Assembly (NCBI GenBank): GCA_963812605.1
Contig: CAWEWF010000014.1
Span: 192,001-256,000, forward strand
Length of the DNA: 64,000 bases
From: an uncultured Verrucomicrobiae bacterium
GTDB lineage: Bacteria > Verrucomicrobiota > Verrucomicrobiia > Palsa-1439
Direction of reading: 5' to 3'
The position numbers and the translations under genes were made by a program. Shown here piece by piece: positions 61,514-64,000 of this stretch. How positions within the stretch are numbered: the first letter of the stretch is position 1; the number at the start of each line of letters is the position of its first letter. Under the pieces are notes generated by a model. It was not told the origin of the DNA, did not search any database, and saw only the letters and a list, made by a program, of their open reading frames with translations.

Positions 61514-62209
61514 TTACGGACGCTGTTTTCTGACGCCGGCCCGAAGTTTTTCGATGGAAAATTCCGGTGACTGACACAGTTGGATGAGTGCCTGCTCCTT
61601 CGCGGCGATTTCCGCGGCCACCGGTGGAATCCGGGCGGCAATATCCTCCGGGATGGATTGAACCCCGTGCTGGTCACCGTGCAGCAAATCTCCGGACTGG
61701 ATCTTCAGTCCGCCGATCTCAACCGGCGTGCCGATTTCGACGATGTGAACGTAGGCATGCGAAACCGAGAGGCTACCGGCGAAAAGTTGGAAGCCAAGTT
61801 CTTCGGCGGCTGGTATCGCCCGCACCGCGCCATTGGTAACGGCGCCGATACAACCGAGCGCGCGCAGAATATTGACGTGCACCGCGCCGAGCAATGATGC
61901 GAGGCCGGGCCGAGTGGCTATGTCCTGCACCACCACCACTCGCGGCGCGGGGACTGAGACGACGTAGTCCCACCAGTCGGTCCGGTCCATGTAGGTGTCA
62001 CCAGCCACTGGTGGCCCTGATCCCCGAATCTTTACCGTAACAGCGTAGCCGGCGATCGGCGGAAGGTGCGGAAACAGGCAGCGTATACTGCCATCTGCAA
62101 ATCCCTCGTTGCGCAGGCGTTCTTGAAAGGTCTCGATGGCATTGGCCAGGGTGCAAGCGTCCAGCCGACGCAAGGCCTCCAGTTGCTCGGGTGTCAGGGG
62201 TATTTTCAT
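61514..62209 (-). CDS. RraA / HMG-aldolase family protein
   Basis: GYAVT, VVVQD, GAVTNGAVR, PVEIGGL.IQSGDLLHGDQHGV..IP. Confidence 0.88.
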   Translation of the reverse strand: MKIPLTPEQLEALRRLDACTLANAIETFQERLRNEGFADGSIRCLFPHLPPIAGYAVTVKIRGSGPPVAGDTYMDRTDWWDYVVSVPAPRVVVVQDIATRPGLASLLGAVHVNILRALGCIGAVTNGAVRAIPAAEELGFQLFAGSLSVSHAYVHIVEIGTPVEIGGLKIQSGDLLHGDQHGVQSIPEDIAARIPPVAAEIAAKEQALIQLCQSPEFSIEKLRAGVRKQRP

Positions 62210-63387
62210 TTCACAGCCTCCGGCTCAATTGTTCTCGGCTCGACCTTCTGGCCCGGTTTGAGTTGGGCCGGATTGTCCATTATCACCAAATCCCCTTCGC
62301 GCAGACCGGAGACGACTTCGTACTTGAAAGGCGTTTCGAGCCCAAGCGTTACGGGGCGTTCTTCGATTTCATGCCTGGCATTGACGACGAGAACTTTGGT
62401 GGCGCCGCCCGAGGCCGAGGCCTGGATGGGAATGGCCAGAGATTGCGGCCGATTTTCCACATTCAATACCACGGTGGCATACATCCCCGGGATGATTTCG
62501 AGATTCGGGTTGAGGACCTCCATTTCGGTGATCATTGTCCGAGTGTTGTCGGTCACCTTTTGCGTGAAACGCGAGATGGTGCCGGTGAACGATTTGCCGC
62601 CGAGCGATTCCACGCGCACGTCGACTTTGTCCCCCAGATGAATGTCTTTGACGTACTGCACGGACACGGGGAAATCGAGTCGGAGCCGGTAGTTGTCGGA
62701 AACCCGCACCAGTGGCATGGCTTGAGAGCCGGAAGCCGTGCCGGCCTGAATGAGCGTACCGGGATCGGCATACCGCCAGGTGACCACGCCATCGAATGGG
62801 GCGGTGATTTGCGTGTAGCTGACCAATGTCTGGTACTTTTCCACGTCGGCTTTGGCGGCCACGACGGCGGCTGCCGTGACGCGATCTTTCGCCTCAGCAG
62901 TGTCGAGGTCCTGCTGGGCGACGAGATTGGGCTGCTGCTGGTTAACCGAGATGAGGCGCGTGTAGATGAGATGGGCGTCCGTGTGGTCGGCCTCGGCCTT
63001 TTGTACCGCCGCCATGGCGTTGTGGAGGTCATCCAGCAGTTCTGGAACTTCCAACGTAGCCATGAGTTGGCCGGCCTTCACGCGGTCGCCGAAGTCCACC
63101 TTCATTTCGCTGACGTAACCGGAAACCTTCGCGTGCAATTCCACTTCTTCATAGGGCCGGAACTCCGCCGGGATGGTCACCTCCCGGTAAAGGTCTTCGC
63201 GACCCACTTTGGCCACGGCGACCGTGGGGAGCACGGAGTTTGCGGACGCGCGATCGGCATCCGCTCGCACGCGCTGCACTGACCATACCAAGGCCATGGC
63301 CACCAACAGCAACCCTGCGACAAGGACCAGCCGCAGTTTGGAAGACGCTACTTTCTCACGCAAAAAATGGGCGAAACCTGGTTTCAT
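62206..63387 (-). CDS. RND efflux periplasmic adaptor (MFP)
   Basis: AKVSGYV...VDFGDRVKAGQ, ITAPFDGVV, PGMYA, VVSGLREGD. Confidence 0.93.
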   Translation of the reverse strand: MKPGFAHFLREKVASSKLRLVLVAGLLLVAMALVWSVQRVRADADRASANSVLPTVAVAKVGREDLYREVTIPAEFRPYEEVELHAKVSGYVSEMKVDFGDRVKAGQLMATLEVPELLDDLHNAMAAVQKAEADHTDAHLIYTRLISVNQQQPNLVAQQDLDTAEAKDRVTAAAVVAAKADVEKYQTLVSYTQITAPFDGVVTWRYADPGTLIQAGTASGSQAMPLVRVSDNYRLRLDFPVSVQYVKDIHLGDKVDVRVESLGGKSFTGTISRFTQKVTDNTRTMITEMEVLNPNLEIIPGMYATVVLNVENRPQSLAIPIQASASGGATKVLVVNARHEIEERPVTLGLETPFKYEVVSGLREGDLVIMDNPAQLKPGQKVEPRTIEPEAVK

Positions 63388-63394
63388 ACAGTTC

Positions 63395-64000
63395 TCATGG
63401 CGACTTATTGGCGCGGGCGATGGGGAGTTTCACGCGGAACCGGCTTCCGACGCCGTTGCTTTCTACTTCCACGATGGCTCCATGCGCGGTGCAAATGGAT
63501 TTGACGATGGAGAGACCCAGGCCGGCTCCTTCGGGATCACGCGTTCGGGCTTTGTCCACGCGAAAGAATCGTTCAAAAACGTGCGGCAGGGCGTCCGCCG
63601 GGATGCCGATGCCGTTGTCCGAAACTTCCAGTATGGCGTGGCCGTTAACGGCGGCGACACGCAACTGGATCCGGCCTTTTTCCGGCGTGTATTTAATGGC
63701 GTTGTCGAGCAGGTTGACGACGACTTGCTTGAGACGCGCGCGATCTCCGTCCACCAGGACAGGCTGCGCCGCCTCACACGAGACTGAAATTCCTTTGTCT
63801 TCCGCGAGCAGGCTCATTTGCTCGGCGGTCGTGGCCACCAATTCGGCCAGGTCAAACTGCACCCATTCCGCCTGTGAGTCGCCGGCGTCGAGACGCGAGA
63901 TGGCGAACAATTGTTCGACTATTCTGGCAAGTCGTTCCACCTCTTCCAGCACGCTGCCGACGATCTCGCGAAACTCGGGCGCGAGGGTCCGGTTGGAGGA
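63395..64000 (-). CDS. Sensor histidine kinase, C-terminal part (5' end outside window)
   Basis: NLLDNAIKYT, DNGIGI, FERFFRVD, GLGLSI. Confidence 0.92.
   Translation of the reverse strand, partial: SSNRTLAPEFREIVGSVLEEVERLARIVEQLFAISRLDAGDSQAEWVQFDLAELVATTAEQMSLLAEDKGISVSCEAAQPVLVDGDRARLKQVVVNLLDNAIKYTPEKGRIQLRVAAVNGHAILEVSDNGIGIPADALPHVFERFFRVDKARTRDPEGAGLGLSIVKSICTAHGAIVEVESNGVGSRFRVKLPIARANKSP

Noticed and set aside
1657-63787. Long antisense or alternate-frame ORFs (e.g. 1657-2547, 9856-10854, 32938-34083, 60268-61494, 62191-63282)
   Set aside because: Shadow ORFs overlapping well-supported genes, expected in high-GC DNA

Overview
GC-rich bacterial chromosome segment. Gene content and protein style suggest the PVC group (Verrucomicrobia-like); this is an inference. 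Many single-base indels in short homopolymer runs split even essential genes (valS, lpxB, thrC, hom), which points to unpolished long-read errors rather than real pseudogenes. The housekeeping backbone is bS22-like, hisG, purN, ADP-heptose adenylyltransferase, lpxI/GnnA-like/lpxB, ispA, valS, cimA, hom-thrC-lysC, tRNA-Pro-lrp-aminotransferase and yggS-proC. Accessory blocks are a six-gene lipid-linked glycosylation cluster, an ~11 kb redox/thiol-stress operon ending in a REC-TrxR fusion plus cNMP histidine kinase, a GYF-domain membrane locus, and an HK-MFP-RraA-RND-TolC efflux operon. The most striking unexplained pattern is repeated invasion of housekeeping operons by tiny cassettes tied to specific short repeats: an inverted-repeat-flanked DUF559 nuclease in the lpx operon, a decamer-repeat-flanked GxxExxY gene between thrC and lysC, and REP-adjacent foreign inserts around lrp/aminotransferase, including a DUF5678-like + retropepsin pair. 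There is also a mosaic scar with three copies of a phnD 3' end. Other oddities: a secreted RNase Sa-like protein with a C-terminal sorting-type domain, a non-RD Ser/Thr kinase with an external CBM48, and an RND pump with an altered proton-relay motif.
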